DNA from: an uncultured bacterium
GTDB lineage: Bacteria; Verrucomicrobiota; Kiritimatiellia; PWTM01
Direction: 5' to 3'
NCBI GenBank assembly: GCA_938005705.1
Contig: CALLML010000003.1
Span: 9,272 to 73,271, forward strand
DNA: 64,000 nucleotides
The translations under genes were made by a program, and so were the position numbers. This document shows positions 1 through 9,807 of the stretch, one piece after another. Each line of letters opens with the position of its first letter. Position 1 is the first letter of the stretch. The notes below the pieces were generated by a model, which did not search any database, was not told the DNA's origin, and saw only the letters and a list, made by a program, of their open reading frames with translations.

Positions 1-416
1 TGGCGCCCAACGTTTCAGATATCGGTGCTTTTGCACGGGCCGCCGAGGAATCGGGCGCTGACGCAATTTCGCTGATTAATTCCGTGCCGGCCATGGTCGT
101 GGATGCAAAAACCCGCCGCCCGAGACTGGCGAACATCACCGGCGGACTCACCGGCCCCGCAATTCGTCCCATCGCCCTCAAACTTGTCTGGGAAGCCGCC
201 CGCGCCACAAAGCTCCCGATCATCGGCATGGGCGGTATCACCGAAACAGAACACGCGGCGGAGTTCATGATCGTTGGCGCGACCGCGGTGGCGGTGGGGA
301 CCGCCACCTTCGCCGAACCGCGAACCGCCATGCGTATCGTCGAGGGACTGGCCGACTACCTGCGGCGTCAGGGCATGAAGTCCGTTCGTGAACTCATCGG
401 ATCTCTTCGCTCATGA
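1..416 (+). CDS. pyrD: Dihydroorotate dehydrogenase (class 1B catalytic subunit), 5' truncated by window edge
   Basis: Frame is open from the window start (APNVSDI..GADAISLINSV), then GGLTGPAIRPIAL, PIIGMGGI and GATAVAVGTA motifs. Confidence 0.92.
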   Translation, partial: APNVSDIGAFARAAEESGADAISLINSVPAMVVDAKTRRPRLANITGGLTGPAIRPIALKLVWEAARATKLPIIGMGGITETEHAAEFMIVGATAVAVGTATFAEPRTAMRIVEGLADYLRRQGMKSVRELIGSLRS

Positions 417-2002
417 AGTGGCGCGCCCGGTCCATCGCGTTCTGGAGCTTGCTGGTCATCTTCATCTTTGGCGCCCTCGTTTGGCTTCTCCGGGCCCCTT
501 CGCGGCCGTTTCTTGCCTATCGTGCCGTGCCTGTCTTCGCCGACTTCGTCAGCGTGCACGATTACCCGGCAGGCCGCGCCGATGATCTGCTGAACAACCC
601 CCTGCTCATCATCTGGCTGCAACAGTACGGCGTTCTGGCCAAAGACCTTGCGTCCTGGCGTGACGATTCGGCCGTGCGGCGCTGGATTCGTCGGCTTGCG
701 GATCGTCAGTTGGTCATCGCATCGTATCCGGCTGACGCCGGACGGCGGGTATGGTTTTTTTCATCCCGCCTTGAAACGCGCGCCACTCGTCTCCGCTGGA
801 TGCTGAAACTCGGAGCGCTGCCCGCGTTCAAGCCAATCGGGCAACATCAGGGGCGGACGATCTGGATGCTCGATTCGAGGATGACGACAGGCCCCAATCG
901 GCTCACTATTGCATTTGAGGAGGGGCTGCTCATCGGCTGTTGGTCTGAACATCCGAGTGATATTCGAATGGCGCTGGATACCTACGACGGGGCAATTCCG
1001 TCTCTCATTACGACAAAAATACCGACCATCCTCGAAGCGAACCGCGAGATTGCCGACCGCTTCTGGTGGCGGACGCCACTCTTGGGCGGCCGGACGGACC
1101 TGCAGGGAAACATTACCCGCGCCGATGCCGGCGGCGTGACGATCCGGATGATCACTCCCATCGAGCACCATCGTTTGTATTCTCCGCCGGATCGCGCCAT
1201 GGGGCAGATCAATCCTCTCGCCTTTTTCGGGGTCGAACCCGCTGCCGTGCTCCAATCGAACCCCTCGTGGATCGCAGAGCTGGTGAAAGGCCGACTGCCG
1301 GCACCGACGGATGAGCTGATCACGTCTGCGCTCACCGAAACCGATACTCCTTGGATTGTGGCGCTATTCGACGGGGAATATTCGGGCCGACTCTGGAGAC
1401 TGCGAATCCCGACGTTCGTATTTGCCGCCCCCGTGAAGGACTCAAATTTCGCTCCTGCGCGTATTCAAGCCCACCTTGACCGCCTCAACGCCGTTAATCA
1501 AACCTCCCTTCTGCTCGGCCCTGTACCGGGAGCGAGCAACATTTTTTCCCTCGGCATGGCCGACGGCTCGATCTATGCAGCGCTGCCCATGGAAGAACAA
1601 GCAGCGATCGCATTTCACAACGGATGGATGTATGTCTCCAGCAATCTCGATGCCTTGCGCAAGCTGATCGGATATGATTCGACCGCGCATTCGCCGAATA
1701 CTCGCTCCGATCCACTGCCGACGGGAACCGTTTCCCACGTTCATATAGATCTGGCGCGTGCCGGCGCCGCCATGCGATCCAGTCTTTCGGTGGCCGCGCT
1801 GGCGTTGATGATGCAAAATCGCGATGGAACGCGTGAGACGCGCGCATGGATCAACCGTATCCGCGAATGGATAACCGTGTGGATGACCAGCGGCCGTCTG
1901 GAGGGGATTCTTCGTTTGTCCGCTTCCGGCGCTTTCCAGTGGGAGATCGAATGGCAAACGACGGCGGCCGATGATAAAAGGGTTATAGAGAACGCTCGAT
2001 GA
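413..2002 (+). CDS. Hypothetical membrane-anchored protein (529 aa)
   Basis: Long ORF with ATGA overlaps at both ends; N-terminal hydrophobic helix; no family recognised. Confidence 0.75.
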   Translation: MKWRARSIAFWSLLVIFIFGALVWLLRAPSRPFLAYRAVPVFADFVSVHDYPAGRADDLLNNPLLIIWLQQYGVLAKDLASWRDDSAVRRWIRRLADRQLVIASYPADAGRRVWFFSSRLETRATRLRWMLKLGALPAFKPIGQHQGRTIWMLDSRMTTGPNRLTIAFEEGLLIGCWSEHPSDIRMALDTYDGAIPSLITTKIPTILEANREIADRFWWRTPLLGGRTDLQGNITRADAGGVTIRMITPIEHHRLYSPPDRAMGQINPLAFFGVEPAAVLQSNPSWIAELVKGRLPAPTDELITSALTETDTPWIVALFDGEYSGRLWRLRIPTFVFAAPVKDSNFAPARIQAHLDRLNAVNQTSLLLGPVPGASNIFSLGMADGSIYAALPMEEQAAIAFHNGWMYVSSNLDALRKLIGYDSTAHSPNTRSDPLPTGTVSHVHIDLARAGAAMRSSLSVAALALMMQNRDGTRETRAWINRIREWITVWMTSGRLEGILRLSASGAFQWEIEWQTTAADDKRVIENAR

Positions 2003-2487
2003 GATTTTTCCGTGTCATTTCACTCGTCCTAGCCACGGGCTTCGGCCTCGGTTACAGCCCCATCGCGTCAGGCACCACTGGGTCGCTGCCTGGCGTGGCA
2101 CTTGCGTGGATTCTTTGGTCGCTGATTCCTTCTCCCATCCACCAAATATTTCTGGCGCTGTTTCTCGTCCTGGCAGCCGTTCCGATATGTTCATACGCCG
2201 AGTCGTTCTATCACATGAAGGACGATCGCCGGATCGTCGCCGATGAGTATTTAACGTTTCCTGTCTGCGTCATCGGACTCCCGATTATCGAACACCCCCT
2301 ACTCCTGGCGGTGGCCTTCGTCACCTGCCGAGGCTTCGATATCCTGAAGCCGTGGCCGGCGTATCAATCCCAACGTCTCCCCCGAGGCTGGGGCATTGTG
2401 GCGGATGACGTTTTCGCGTCGTTGTACAGTCTGGCCATCAATCATGTGATCTGGCGCATGTGGTCCTCCATGAATCCCGTATTTTAA
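1999..2487 (+). CDS. pgpA: Phosphatidylglycerophosphatase A
   Basis: TGFGLGYSPIASGTTGS, DDRRIVADE, RGFDILKPWP, GWGIVADD motifs. Confidence 0.92.
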   Translation: MRFFRVISLVLATGFGLGYSPIASGTTGSLPGVALAWILWSLIPSPIHQIFLALFLVLAAVPICSYAESFYHMKDDRRIVADEYLTFPVCVIGLPIIEHPLLLAVAFVTCRGFDILKPWPAYQSQRLPRGWGIVADDVFASLYSLAINHVIWRMWSSMNPVF

Positions 2488-2718
2488 CTCCCAGGCGACC
2501 GCGTCACTTCAGCGGCCGTTTCTCCGGATCGCCACAGATTGACGACGACCTCAACGGGCCTCCGCCTCCCTGAACCGCAGAGGTTCGATGAAAATGCCAT
2601 AGCCCGACTCGGATGGATGGACGCATGGTTCCGTCAGCTGACCAGCCGCAAAATGGCGTTTGATGTCAACGCGTTCCGACTTGCGCGGAAAAGCCACCGG
2701 ATACATCATGCGCTACGG

Positions 2719-3357
2719 ATGACGGATCACACTCTTATATTGCCTCTTTTGGCTTCGTATCTCGCCGGATCCATCCCCTTCGCTTTCATCGCGGCCCGGC
2801 TGAAAGGCGTGGACATTCGAACCGTGGGTAGCGGCAATGTCGGCGCAACGAACGTGTTTCGTGCCGTCAGCCGGCCTCTCGGCATGATCGTTTTTATTCT
2901 CGACGCCGCCAAAGGGTTCGTTTCCGCTTACACCCTTCCCCGTTTGTTTCTGTCTCCACCAGACGGCGCTTCCTTTTTCGCACTGGGGTTGACCTGCGGC
3001 GTTGCCGCGATCCTAGGACACACCTGGCCAGTTTGGCTGCGTTTCAAAGGCGGCAAGGGGGTTGCGACCGGCGCCGGGGTGCTCCTCGCAGTGGCCGCTC
3101 CCATAGCGGGTATCGCTTTTGCGGCGTGGCTGATCGCGTTTATCCTCTCCCGATATGTTTCCATGGCCTCGATGGCTGCAGCCCTGGCGGCCGCCCTGGC
3201 CTCCTGGGCCATCCACGGGTCGGCGGACATTCGCCCTTATCTGCTGACGCTCGCAGCGCTCTTCATCGTCTGGCGCCATCGCTCAAATATTCGCCGCCTC
3301 ATCGCCGGCATTGAGCCTCGGGCCTGGGACCGGCCGTCGGAAGGAGCCCCCGGATGA
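2719..3357 (+). CDS. plsY: Glycerol-3-phosphate acyltransferase PlsY
   Basis: SYLAGSIPF, DIRTVGSGNVGATNVFR, GHTWPVWLRFKGGKGVAT, RHRSNIRRL; start moved to ATG 2719. Confidence 0.95.
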   Translation: MTDHTLILPLLASYLAGSIPFAFIAARLKGVDIRTVGSGNVGATNVFRAVSRPLGMIVFILDAAKGFVSAYTLPRLFLSPPDGASFFALGLTCGVAAILGHTWPVWLRFKGGKGVATGAGVLLAVAAPIAGIAFAAWLIAFILSRYVSMASMAAALAAALASWAIHGSADIRPYLLTLAALFIVWRHRSNIRRLIAGIEPRAWDRPSEGAPG

Positions 3358-4349
3358 GTCGCGTCACAGTCATCGGCGACGGCGGCTGGGGAACGGCTTT
3401 GGCGCTGACGGCATTGCGCAACGGTCACCAATGCACCGTTTGGGGGCCCTTCCCGGACTATCTGAACGAGATTGCCCAACGGGGCGAGAATGTCCGATAC
3501 CTGCCCGGCGTTCCGCTCCCTTCTGAGATTCATTGGACGCCGTACCATGCCGAGGCGCCGGCAGACGCTGAGGCGGTCATTCTCGCTGTGCCATCCCGTT
3601 ATTTCAACGATGTTGTCCGTTTCTTTGCGCCCTATATTCCGCGTGAAGCACTCGTCATCAGCGTTACCAAAGGCCTGGAGCCGGGCACCGGTCGGCGTAT
3701 GACGGAGGTGGCCAGTGCGCTCCTTGAACGAGACGATGTCTGTGCGCTGTCCGGCCCCAGCTTCGCCGAAGAAGTGGCGCGCGGCCATCCGACGGCGGTT
3801 GTCGTGGCGGGATATCATCTCGCCGCCGTCCACGCGGTCCAACGCTTGTTCAGCGGCCCGACATTCCGCGTTTACACCTCCCGGGACGTCATCGGGGTCG
3901 AACTCGGTGGCGCGCTAAAAAATATCATTGCAATCGCGGCAGGCGTGAGTGACGGCATCGGGTTCGGAGACAATGCCCGGGCTGCGCTGGCCACCCGCGG
4001 ACTGGCGGAAATGGCGCGGCTGGGCCAGGCGCTCGGAGCCCGCCCCGAAACATTCGCCGGCTTGAGCGGTATGGGCGACTTGTTGCTCACCTGTACGGGA
4101 AGAGCCAGTCGCAATCGCCGAGTTGGCGAGCGACTCGGACGGGGCGAAAGTCTCTCCGACATTCTGGCGAGCATGTGCCAGGTGGCCGAAGGCGTTCAAA
4201 CTTGCGAGACTACACGCATCCTGGCCGCTCGGTACAACGTGTCTATGCCAATCACCGAGGCCGTTTATGCGATCCTGCGGGAAGGGAAACCCCCTGCGAA
4301 TGCCGTGCGCGAACTCATGCAGCGGGACCTGCGAGCGGAACAGGATTGA
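3354..4349 (+). CDS. gpsA: NAD(P)H-dependent glycerol-3-phosphate dehydrogenase
   Basis: GDGGWGTAL, TKGLE, LSGPSFAEEV, GGALKNIIAIAAG, GMGDLLLTC, SRN motifs. Confidence 0.96.
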   Translation: MSRVTVIGDGGWGTALALTALRNGHQCTVWGPFPDYLNEIAQRGENVRYLPGVPLPSEIHWTPYHAEAPADAEAVILAVPSRYFNDVVRFFAPYIPREALVISVTKGLEPGTGRRMTEVASALLERDDVCALSGPSFAEEVARGHPTAVVVAGYHLAAVHAVQRLFSGPTFRVYTSRDVIGVELGGALKNIIAIAAGVSDGIGFGDNARAALATRGLAEMARLGQALGARPETFAGLSGMGDLLLTCTGRASRNRRVGERLGRGESLSDILASMCQVAEGVQTCETTRILAARYNVSMPITEAVYAILREGKPPANAVRELMQRDLRAEQD

Positions 4350-4399
4350 CGGCGCATTGTTATCCACAGGTCACTATCAAAACGAGGGATCAAAGAAGC

Positions 4400-5449
4400 A
4401 TGAATATGCATCGGATTATTTGGATTTTTGCAGTAATTGCGGGGCACACCGTGACCGGATGCGCAACACGCGGATCACCGGCGGGACCGAAGCCATACAC
4501 GACGGCGGACCTTGAACGCCTCCGTGCAACTGCCAAGGATCCGCGCATCTTTTTCATGAACGCCTATCCCGAGGAGTCCGGCGATATCGTTTTCACAAAC
4601 GCGAACCGACTATATCAGGAATTGAAGGTCACGTTGCCGTTCGCATCACCCGTTAACACGGTACTCCCGTTGCTGAGCCTCTTGGCCGGTCCGACGCGAC
4701 CCGTCAGTGCGCTGACCGATACGTCCGCTCCTTTGAGCTGGGTCCCGCTAGACCGTCGACGCGCGATGGGATTCGAGACGCTAGGTCCCGAACTGAATCT
4801 TGCTCAAGCGGAGCAAGTCATAGATGATGTTCCCGGCGTCGCCGCCGTCCTCCCGGAATTGCGATTCGGCGACTTGCGCATGGAGATGGTGCTGGTCTAC
4901 GCCCGCGCTGCTACGGGTCCACTCTGGCCGGTCACCCGGGATCCGCGGACCGCAAACGCCAACCTCGTAATTGGAACGAACATCCTGCGGGCGTTCGCGT
5001 GGGTGCAGTGGGATTTTCCCAATCGCCGGATCCACTTTTCATCGGCGGGGGCGTATGAGGGCGCTGAAGAAGATCGGCTAGCGTCCCTTCCACTAAGCAG
5101 CGCCACTGGACCTTTGATCGTCAATGGCGAAATTGAAGGCCGACCGCGGCCCATCCTGCTAGATGTCGCAGGTGATTTTGAAATGGTTATGGACGCGCCC
5201 CCCGCGGACGTGGTCCGTCACGTGACCCTCGGTGATCTGGTTTTTCGTCGGCTTGCCGTTAGCACGCCACGCTCGGTCGGCGTCGCCGGCGGACCGGCAC
5301 GGCTCGGCTTGCGCGCCCTGGCCCCTTATCGCCTCACGTTGGATAACCGGCGAAAACTGGCATATATTGAGCGCGCTGTCGTCGCGCACGAGCACGAGGG
5401 GGAAGACGAGGAGGATGATAACTTTGATGCGATGGATGGAACGGAGTGA
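4400..5449 (+). CDS. Putative lipoprotein with two degenerate retropepsin-like (aspartyl protease) domains
   Basis: Signal peptide ending TVTG-C; ALTDTSA and ILLDVAG at DTG-like positions; IGTNILRAF..DF and LGLRALAPYRLTLD psi-loop-like motifs; acidic tail. Confidence 0.6.
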   Translation: MNMHRIIWIFAVIAGHTVTGCATRGSPAGPKPYTTADLERLRATAKDPRIFFMNAYPEESGDIVFTNANRLYQELKVTLPFASPVNTVLPLLSLLAGPTRPVSALTDTSAPLSWVPLDRRRAMGFETLGPELNLAQAEQVIDDVPGVAAVLPELRFGDLRMEMVLVYARAATGPLWPVTRDPRTANANLVIGTNILRAFAWVQWDFPNRRIHFSSAGAYEGAEEDRLASLPLSSATGPLIVNGEIEGRPRPILLDVAGDFEMVMDAPPADVVRHVTLGDLVFRRLAVSTPRSVGVAGGPARLGLRALAPYRLTLDNRRKLAYIERAVVAHEHEGEDEEDDNFDAMDGTE

Positions 5450-5494
5450 CCGCTTTCTTGGTCGGTCACCACCGGTACGGGGCGAAGGCGACTT

Positions 5495-6064
5495 ATGTCG
5501 GAGCAAAACCAGAGAAAGAAGATGAGCATGGCAACCGCTCCCCATCCCGGCGACAACGGGTTCACTCGGTTGCCGGGGGGAGAGATCATCCCCAAGGGCG
5601 ATCCACGGTTGGAAGCGGTGGGCGCCTTGGACGAATTGGTCAGCGCGCTGGGAGTTGCACGGGCTTCGCTGAATGACGAAGTGTTACGCACGGATGTCCT
5701 GCGAGTGCAAAAAGAACTTTTTCTTGTTGGCGCGGAATGCGCCGCGGGGCTCGAGCGAGCCGCGCGTTTGACCGATCGTATTTGCTTGGCGCACTGCGAA
5801 ACCATGGACGCGTGGTGCATCGCCCTGGAAAGCCGTATAGTCCTTCCCCGCGATTTCATTGTGCCGGGTGAGACACTGGCGGCGGCGCACGTGGACCTCG
5901 CCCGTGCCGTCGCTCGCCGATGTGAACGGCGGATTGCGGCGCTCTCGACCGCCGGCCATCTGGCGAATCCCTATATCTTGCGCTGGATGAACCGCCTTTC
6001 CACCGCCCTTTGGCTCCTGGCGCGCGTCGTGGAAAAGCAGTCGCGTCCGCTCAGGGAATCATGA
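5495..6064 (+). CDS. PduO-type ATP:cob(I)alamin adenosyltransferase
   Basis: GDNGFTRL, K.DPRLEAVGALDEL, FIVPG, ARAVARRCERR, WMNRLS. Confidence 0.9.
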   Translation: MSEQNQRKKMSMATAPHPGDNGFTRLPGGEIIPKGDPRLEAVGALDELVSALGVARASLNDEVLRTDVLRVQKELFLVGAECAAGLERAARLTDRICLAHCETMDAWCIALESRIVLPRDFIVPGETLAAAHVDLARAVARRCERRIAALSTAGHLANPYILRWMNRLSTALWLLARVVEKQSRPLRES

Positions 6065-7002
6065 GCGAGACAACCGCGAACCACAATGCGACCGTCAAAG
6101 GCGCTGATGTCACCACGTTTCAGCTCGGTGGTGTATTGCCTCGATTCACCGACTGCCGCTCCGCCCAAGAAGTCCGCGACGTTTTGCGAAATGCGCAGGC
6201 CCGCGGGGCGCCTTACTTAATCCTTGGCGGCGGTTCGAACCTCCTAATTTCCGATAAAGGCTTTGACGGCGAAGTCGTTCGCTTTCTATCGCCGGCAGAG
6301 GCCATCAGCCGATTCGGCGACGACGTGGAGGCGGCGGGGGGCGTGGAGCTCGACACCCTGGCCCTTTTTTGTGTTGAAGAGGGGTTGGATGGGATGCTCT
6401 TTGCCACCGGCATCCCCGGCACCGTAGGTGGAGGCACCGCGGGGAATGCCGGGGCATTCGGCGAAGCGATAGCCGACCGCATTGTGTCCTTGCGGCTGTT
6501 TCATCCGATTCGCGGCCCACGGCAAGTGCCACGCGAAGCCATCCGGTTTTCCTACCGACAATCCTCCTTGGCCGATTCGGGGGAACTCATCGAGTCGGTC
6601 CGGCTGCGGCTACGAAAAAACGATCGTGAACGCCTGCGCGACGAGCGCGCTCGCATACTTCAATGGCGAAAGGATCGTCATCCCGACTGGAGAAACGTAC
6701 CCTGCGCCGGCAGCTTTTTCCGAAATATTGAACCATCATCCGCCGTGGGACATCGCCAATCCGCCGGCTGGTTTTTGGAACAAGCAGGCGCCAAAACCAT
6801 GCGGGTCGGCGGTGCCGGCGTCTATGAACGGCACGCCAACATCATCATCAAACTAGCCGACCATTGCACCGCCCAGGACGTTTATACCCTCAGTCAACAG
6901 ATGGCCAAAGCTGTAAGGCAGCGGTTTCGCATTCTTCTTCAGCGCGAAGTACGGCTGATCGGCACGTTCGACGAGTCTGAGGATCAGGTCAACGCGCGAT
7001 AA
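6061..7002 (+). CDS. murB: UDP-N-acetylenolpyruvoylglucosamine reductase
   Basis: [52 protein letters not shown]; start ATG 6061 overlaps the upstream stop. Confidence 0.93.
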   Translation: MSETTANHNATVKGADVTTFQLGGVLPRFTDCRSAQEVRDVLRNAQARGAPYLILGGGSNLLISDKGFDGEVVRFLSPAEAISRFGDDVEAAGGVELDTLALFCVEEGLDGMLFATGIPGTVGGGTAGNAGAFGEAIADRIVSLRLFHPIRGPRQVPREAIRFSYRQSSLADSGELIESVRLRLRKNDRERLRDERARILQWRKDRHPDWRNVPCAGSFFRNIEPSSAVGHRQSAGWFLEQAGAKTMRVGGAGVYERHANIIIKLADHCTAQDVYTLSQQMAKAVRQRFRILLQREVRLIGTFDESEDQVNAR

Positions 7003-7607
7003 AGCTCGTTTACTTTCTCCCAGTTCACCACGTTCCACCACGCGGCAATGTAATCCGGACGCCGGTTCTGGTATTTGAGATAGTATGCGTGCTCCCAGAC
7101 GTCCAGAGTCAGTAGAATCCTGCCGGGACACTCGGAGACGCCGCGCATGATCGGATTATCTTGGTTCGGGCTCGAGCAGACACACAGTTTTCCATCATCC
7201 TTTACTGTCAGCCAGGCCCATCCGGACCCGAATCGAGTCGCGGCCGCCTTCGTAAAAGCCTCCCGGAACGCTTCGAAGCTGCCGAACGATTGATTCAGCG
7301 CTCTGACCAGTTCCGACGAGGGTTGTCCGCCTTTGGGCGACATCATCTCCCAAAACAGGTTGTGGTTGTAGACCCCGCCGCCGTTGTTGCGAACCGCCGT
7401 ACGAATATCATCCGGAACCGCGGCCAGATTGCCCAGCAGGTCCGCCAGACTCTTCGTCTGCAATTCCGGATATTTTTCGAGTGCGGCGTTCAAGTTGTTC
7501 ACGTAGGCCGCGTGATGTTTCCCGTGATGAATCTCCATCGTACGAGCATCAATATGCGGCTCCAGCGCGTCTGTCGCATAAGGCAATTCAACCAGCTTGT
7601 GAGCCAT
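6984..7607 (-). CDS. sodA: Superoxide dismutase, probably Mn type
   Basis: [46 protein letters not shown]; GG and QD residues are Mn-type signatures. Confidence 0.93.
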   Translation of the reverse strand: MAHKLVELPYATDALEPHIDARTMEIHHGKHHAAYVNNLNAALEKYPELQTKSLADLLGNLAAVPDDIRTAVRNNGGGVYNHNLFWEMMSPKGGQPSSELVRALNQSFGSFEAFREAFTKAAATRFGSGWAWLTVKDDGKLCVCSSPNQDNPIMRGVSECPGRILLTLDVWEHAYYLKYQNRRPDYIAAWWNVVNWEKVNELYRALT

Positions 7608-7818
7608 GATCCTGTCCTCCAGTTTATTTTATCGGTTTTGTTTTATCTGCATTACGATTGAAATATACGACAGGAAAGTCGGATTTCCAGTGCACGCGTA
7701 GAAAATGTCGTCGCGCAATTCCGATGATGAAATGAACGGGATGAATACGCCCTTTAGCATCCCCCTCGGTCAGCGCGCACCCGCGTGCGCGCTCTGGGGG
7801 GCTCGTTCAGTTTACTCG

Positions 7819-7945
7819 GACCGCAGATTTCTCGGATAGGCACAGAAAGGCGATGTTTCCCTACTCTCCTGTTTTTATTTTCGCATCTTTTGCGCCTTTT
7901 GGTTTTCATCCATCCGCGTTCAAGCGCGTCATTTGTGGTTCATTC
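7819..7945. repeat. Dispersed intergenic repeat, copy A
   Basis: Shares ordered blocks GACCGC..CGGATAGG..TGTTT..GCCTTT..TCCGC and an exact 17-mer TCATTTGTGGTTCATTC (7929-7945) with 31604-31710. Confidence 0.55.
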
Positions 7946-8049
7946 CGGCTTTTAGCCCCGAATGAAACGACCATACACATACACGAACGTCCCAAAGAAA
8001 CACAGAGGAGGGCTTGTGCAACTTCACCCGCCCGTCTCCCGACAATCCG

Positions 8050-9726
8050 CTAGTAACGAAAAGCGCTTCGGCCGAGAAACTCGCGAAGGATGGAATTGGG
8101 CGGCACCGGCTCATGACGCGCCGGAACGAAACTGTCGAGGAACATCATCAGGCGACGGGCCTCGCCATAACAGGCGTGGTAGGGCTTCACTTCCCTCAAT
8201 AAGGGTTCGACAAAGGGACGAAGCACCGCCAGCTCATAATCCAAGGCGGAATTGAAGGCGATATCCGCTTCATTTTGATAAGGGAACACCCACAGCCGCT
8301 CACCTCGGCGGACCCTGGGCCACATATCAAGCGTCGTCACCGCATCGTTGCCACGAAACATGTTATCGCGGACCATCCGCCGCAACAGGCGGTTGTCCGT
8401 CGTGGCGATGCGGTTATGGTAGTCAAGGTTCAATTGCGTCAGGGCGCTGATGTAAATCTTGAATTTACGGTCGGGCAGCAAGGCGTGAGTCAATCGCGGA
8501 TTCAACGCGTGAATACCCTCGATGAGGGCGATCTGATCGGATTCGAGACGGAGTTTCCGGCCCCGGAACTCGCGGGCGCCGGTGGCGAAATTAAACGAGG
8601 GAATCTCAACTTCTTCGCCACGATCAAGCGCCGCGAGATGGCGGTTGAAAAGTTCCAGGTCCACCGTCTCCAGATGCTCAAAATCCGGTGCGCCCGTTTC
8701 ATCCCTTGGCGTTCGTGCACGATCCACAAAATAATCATCCACCGAGATCGTCACCGGCTTTAGACCGTTCACCCGCAACTGAACCATCAATCGCTTGGAA
8801 AAAGTCGTCTTTCCCGACGATGAAGGGCCCGCGATTAAAATCCACTTGATGCGGTCTCGATGATCCCGAATGTGGTCAGCGATCTGCGCGATCTTTTTCT
8901 CGTGTAACCCTTCCGCGATGCGGATGATATCCGCGATCTCGTTATTGGCAATGGCACGATTGAGATCGCCAACGGTCCGCAATCCTAGAATACGGCCCCA
9001 TTCCTTGTGCTCGCGAAAAATCTGGAACAAATGGGGTTGCGGCTCGAACGGCGAGAAATTCGGCGCCCGCTCCATATCGGGAAACTGGATCACGAAACCC
9101 GGCGGATAGGGAATCAAACGGAAATACTCCAGCGCACCGGTGTGATCGGCCAGGACACTGTGGGCAAGATCGGTAAAGCCCTCGCACTCATACACGACAA
9201 TCTTGGGCGGATTTTGAAAACGCAGTAGGTCGAAAATATCGTCCCTACCCTGGGCCTCGAAATGCCGGATCGCTGTCTCGAACGCGATCTTCCTCCGCTC
9301 GATGGGCGCATCACGCCGGACCAGTGCCCGCAGTTCGGACTCGATATCCGCCAGCTCTGTGTCCGAAATGCTGTTGTGTCCTTTTCGGGCGAACGAACAG
9401 TAGAATCCCGGACCGAGTGAATGTTCGACGGAAAACAATGCGTCAGGAAAACGCTCGCGCACCACTTTCGCAAGCAAAAACGCGACGGAATGACGATAGA
9501 TGCGCCAGCCGGCACGGTCGCGGAGGGTCAACGGCCGGACCCGGCTATCGACCTCCAGTTCATAACTGCGCGTTACGACATCGTTGTTGACCATTGCGCC
9601 CAAATACGCCAACCCCTGATCGTCGTAATCCCCGATCGGTAAATCGCGGACCCGCGTGCCCACGGCGCATTCCATCGGAGGACGCCCCTCAATTTCGACG
9701 GTAATTTTCTGACTCATTTGAAACAT
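8050..9726 (-). CDS. Nucleoside (uridine) kinase fused to threonyl-tRNA synthetase-like N-terminal domains
   Basis: N-terminal TGS-like segment and YRHSVAFLLAK ThrRS-like segment; C-terminal IAGPSSSGKTTF P-loop, ISVDDYF, EGIHALN, DNRLLRR, NSALDYE. Confidence 0.88.
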   Translation of the reverse strand: MFQMSQKITVEIEGRPPMECAVGTRVRDLPIGDYDDQGLAYLGAMVNNDVVTRSYELEVDSRVRPLTLRDRAGWRIYRHSVAFLLAKVVRERFPDALFSVEHSLGPGFYCSFARKGHNSISDTELADIESELRALVRRDAPIERRKIAFETAIRHFEAQGRDDIFDLLRFQNPPKIVVYECEGFTDLAHSVLADHTGALEYFRLIPYPPGFVIQFPDMERAPNFSPFEPQPHLFQIFREHKEWGRILGLRTVGDLNRAIANNEIADIIRIAEGLHEKKIAQIADHIRDHRDRIKWILIAGPSSSGKTTFSKRLMVQLRVNGLKPVTISVDDYFVDRARTPRDETGAPDFEHLETVDLELFNRHLAALDRGEEVEIPSFNFATGAREFRGRKLRLESDQIALIEGIHALNPRLTHALLPDRKFKIYISALTQLNLDYHNRIATTDNRLLRRMVRDNMFRGNDAVTTLDMWPRVRRGERLWVFPYQNEADIAFNSALDYELAVLRPFVEPLLREVKPYHACYGEARRLMMFLDSFVPARHEPVPPNSILREFLGRSAFRY

Positions 9727-9807
9727 TGCGTCGCCTTTCACTCCTACGTATTATCCACATTACTTGCCGCAGTGCCGGCCGCAAAGCGTAAAACATCGAG
9801 ATACAAC

